Virus record (IMG/VR): IMGVR_UViG_3300032247_001517 | Span: 1 to 62,483 of that record | Origin: a virus | Lineage: Duplodnaviria; Caudoviricetes | Strand: one strand, 5' to 3' | DNA length: 62,483 bases | In this document: positions 59,782 through 62,483 of the stretch, one piece after another | Layout of the letters: each line of letters opens with the position of its first letter | Position numbering within the stretch: position 1 is the stretch's first letter | Made by a program: the position numbers and the translations under genes | The notes under the pieces: model-generated | Seen by the model: the letters and a program-made list of their open reading frames with translations, nothing else | What the model was told of the DNA's origin: nothing | Databases searched by the model: none

Positions 59782-62483
59782 TGGTCAACCCCAACTGTGC
59801 CTCTGTCAAGCTGCCAACTATCACTATGTTTGCCACGGTAGCACAGCTGATGAATATCTCATCTGGATTAGCAATAATCTCGAATAGATCACCGAATTTA
59901 GCAGTACCGCTAGTTGGTACTATCACTATGGTAGCAACTATTGTGGCCAGATTCATCTGTATGTAAGTAGACATTTCAGTGAAGAAGAAGCTCTGACCAA
60001 AATCCCAATTTGTTAGCGCAAAATAATTGTCTATCTGAGATTTAACGAAACTCTTGACTTCGTTGTCACTGTATGCCGTCCCTGGTACCTTTACTACCTT
60101 GAACAAAACCTGATATTCTGGTAGTGCCTGTGCACCAAACAACAGCTTGTAGGTAACTGGATGCCATATGATCTGATCGGTCATCATCTTGTACTGTTCA
60201 AAGTAGCTGAATGTGCTTTTCAACTCTTCGGTTGTTGGTGGCAAAGGTATGGTATCTCTGCTGCCATTTACGGCAATCCAATTGCGAAGATTGGTATCAT
60301 AGGTAGAAGTTAGCACGAACGTGTCTATGATGTTCATGATAGCAGGATCAACACGTTGATCGTATGTAGCGTAGTGCTTCCACAGATAGCTGAGATTGTT
60401 ACGACCTATCCTAACCTTGTAATCGGCGGTGACATCGACCAAAGCACCGTTGGTGTATTGCAGGAATCGCTTGCCATTGATGACAAACGCGAGCTCCCCT
60501 TCTAACCAATTTCCGTTTGGCGGAACTGGTACGCTGAGGCGAGTGGTATAGATCCGCGATTCTGCTATATCTATGGGTTGATAGTATTGATAACCTTCAC
60601 TGCTGGTATACCTCACCCAGAACACATACTTTGAAGGTGGAGTTGCATCGGGATTTACTATGGTCACGAACTCGTCTGGATCATCTGGAAGAGGTGGATT
60701 TTGGCTGCTCCAGAATGTGACTCTAACGCTTGCAGGATCAGCATAACCATCAGGATATATTTCCTGGCCATAGATCTGCCACAGATAATCTTTGCCCAGT
60801 GCTGGAGCTGGTGCCGGTGGCAGAGGCGCGGGATTCACGCCCAGAACGCTGACATAGTCATATTGTGGTTTACCAGTTTGTTGGTTTATCACCTTGCCTG
60901 CATTTGAAAAATAGAATCTGGTCTGATCAACGCTTTCAAACACATATCGCTGCGACCTCGTCTGTATGATCCAGCTGTTTGTATTGTAAATGACCCTGAC
61001 CAACCAGCTGGCATCCCTGTTGGTGTTGCTAGTATCTCCTGCATATGCCTGGCTGAATTGAGGATCCAGGCTGAGATTGCTGTTGCTGATAACGTACCAT
61101 GTCAGCAGCTGTTGATTATAGCCTATACCAAAGGTCTGTTTATCATCCATTGCTGCAGCTATAGCTGTGATCTCATCGTTGGTTAATGTGGTATCAAATG
61201 CTGCACATACGCTGGTAACATAGCTATTGCTCTGTGGAACCGATCCCAGAGTCACGGCCCCTTTGCCTGTGATAAGCAAGCCTGTATTGTTGATACCAGT
61301 ACCATCGCCTACGATGCTTACCACATTAGTCCAAGCACTGACATTGGCTGCATTGGTTAGTTTAACTATGCTACCTGCGCTGATGTACTGCTCGCCGCTG
61401 CCGGCTGCACCATACTGACCCAACCTCTGCGGGGTCCCGCTTATTGCAAAATAACCAGTGCTACTGCCTATGGAAGCTGTCGATGAGATCCATTGCAGAT
61501 TAGGCGCCGTGTATCTGTCAAAATTCTTGTAGTAGAAATCTCTGAGCTCAAGTGCGGCACTAGCGAATCCAGAGCCGCCGTCTAGCATAGGTTGTATGTT
61601 ATCTACCACATACACGCGATTAGGAGTGCCCACATTGATGAGCACTTCTTGTGCATTGGTATCTTCTTCTTCATACAGTATGCCATCAGTAGCAAACACA
61701 TTTAGGTTCTGATAGGTACCGGTTGGATCATTGATGTCAATGTATCTGCTCTGTCCGCTGTATACTCGGTTTATAGCTTTGACTTTCAGTGCTTGGCTGC
61801 TCTGCAGAGGGAAGATGTTGTAATCTTCGCCGTTCACCATGCGATCCTGCGTGTAATATACCTGTTCTGCAGCCAGTGCTATCTGAGCATTGGTCTGAGC
61901 ACTTTGGCTATTCGAAACCGTATACTGCAGGCTGGTGTTGAATGCTATGCTATAGAGATTGAACAGGTTATCATTATACGCAAAGTTGAACTTGAGATTG
62001 CTCATATCAGTTGGTCGTATCTGATATTGCTGTCCATTGCTCACTCTATACCACACTCGCAGTAGTCCAATTGGCACGTTACCAAAATTGCCATCAGCAA
62101 AGCGTAGGCTGATCTGATCAGCACCATTGTTATCTCTGGTTATGACGCTGTAGATATTGCGAATGTTCTTGTCAATGCTATTGTATATGATGTTGAATCC
62201 GTTAACGCTTGGAACCTGAGTCCAATCTGTGGTAACCAAACCTGCTGTGTTGATGTTTTGCACCCACACATCTGTTTGATTGATGCCATTTACGTTCACA
62301 TCTATGACACGATTGGCTATAGCTAGATCCAGGAGATAATCTGAGTATCCCATTGATCCTTGCTTGAAGAACAAGAAAAATCCAGTGTCTGGACTGCCGT
62401 AACCGTTGCCATCGTTGCGATATATGATGTACCAGCTGTTGATAGGATTTGGATTGCGTTCGTAGAAGTAACCTGTGCTGCCA
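59774..62483 (-). CDS. Baseplate wedge subunit (T4 gp6-like), 5'-truncated by window edge
   Basis: FADGNFGNVP, YYTQDRMVNGEDY, WDFGQSFFFTE; frame open to window end. Confidence 0.78.
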   Translation of the reverse strand, partial: GSTGYFYERNPNPINSWYIIYRNDGNGYGSPDTGFFLFFKQGSMGYSDYLLDLAIANRVIDVNVNGINQTDVWVQNINTAGLVTTDWTQVPSVNGFNIIYNSIDKNIRNIYSVITRDNNGADQISLRFADGNFGNVPIGLLRVWYRVSNGQQYQIRPTDMSNLKFNFAYNDNLFNLYSIAFNTSLQYTVSNSQSAQTNAQIALAAEQVYYTQDRMVNGEDYNIFPLQSSQALKVKAINRVYSGQSRYIDINDPTGTYQNLNVFATDGILYEEEDTNAQEVLINVGTPNRVYVVDNIQPMLDGGSGFASAALELRDFYYKNFDRYTAPNLQWISSTASIGSSTGYFAISGTPQRLGQYGAAGSGEQYISAGSIVKLTNAANVSAWTNVVSIVGDGTGINNTGLLITGKGAVTLGSVPQSNSYVTSVCAAFDTTLTNDEITAIAAAMDDKQTFGIGYNQQLLTWYVISNSNLSLDPQFSQAYAGDTSNTNRDASWLVRVIYNTNSWIIQTRSQRYVFESVDQTRFYFSNAGKVINQQTGKPQYDYVSVLGVNPAPLPPAPAPALGKDYLWQIYGQEIYPDGYADPASVRVTFWSSQNPPLPDDPDEFVTIVNPDATPPSKYVFWVRYTSSEGYQYYQPIDIAESRIYTTRLSVPVPPNGNWLEGELAFVINGKRFLQYTNGALVDVTADYKVRIGRNNLSYLWKHYATYDQRVDPAIMNIIDTFVLTSTYDTNLRNWIAVNGSRDTIPLPPTTEELKSTFSYFEQYKMMTDQIIWHPVTYKLLFGAQALPEYQVLFKVVKVPGTAYSDNEVKSFVKSQIDNYFALTNWDFGQSFFFTEMSTYIQMNLATIVATIVIVPTSGTAKFGDLFEIIANPDEIFISCATVANIVIVGSLTEAQLGLTNG

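Noticed and set aside
1-62483. Stop-codon reassignment, as seen in some large phages
   Set aside because: Long intact ORFs and tight stop/start overlaps under the standard code; TAA, TGA and TAG all end genes
1-62483. CRISPR array, tRNA, rRNA, integrase or transposase
   Set aside because: None recognised; all repeats seen are in-frame coding repeats and intergenic gaps are short

Overview
Gene-dense fragment of a large tailed (myovirus-like, probably jumbo) bacteriophage genome using the standard code. Two convergent blocks (+ strand 1-30726, - strand 30801-62483) meet at a bidirectional terminator. The + arm carries peptide deformylase, ClpA, collagen-like and beta-rich fibre proteins and a 7-deazaguanine DNA-modification cluster (DpdL-like T-fold protein, nucleosidase, glycosyltransferase, DpdA, FolE, QueD, QueE; no QueC in the window). 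It also carries a methyltransferase, an RNase H/5'-3' exonuclease and a MoxR AAA + VWA/metallopeptidase pair behind five near-identical sigma70-type promoters. The - arm carries baseplate/tail genes (one of 3711 aa), followed by an operon of six glycosyltransferase-like genes, two methyltransferase-like genes and two radical SAM/Twitch genes, then ThyX, an APS-kinase-like protein, a nucleotidyltransferase and a YHYH protein. The most interesting leads are (1) a possibly glycosylated deazaguanine DNA modification with two candidate pseudoknot RNA switches in the queD and folE leaders, (2) a putative virion glycan synthesis/tailoring operon, and (3) TAAATA late-promoter motifs embedded in hairpins. 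All protein calls come from motif recognition by eye; no searches were run.
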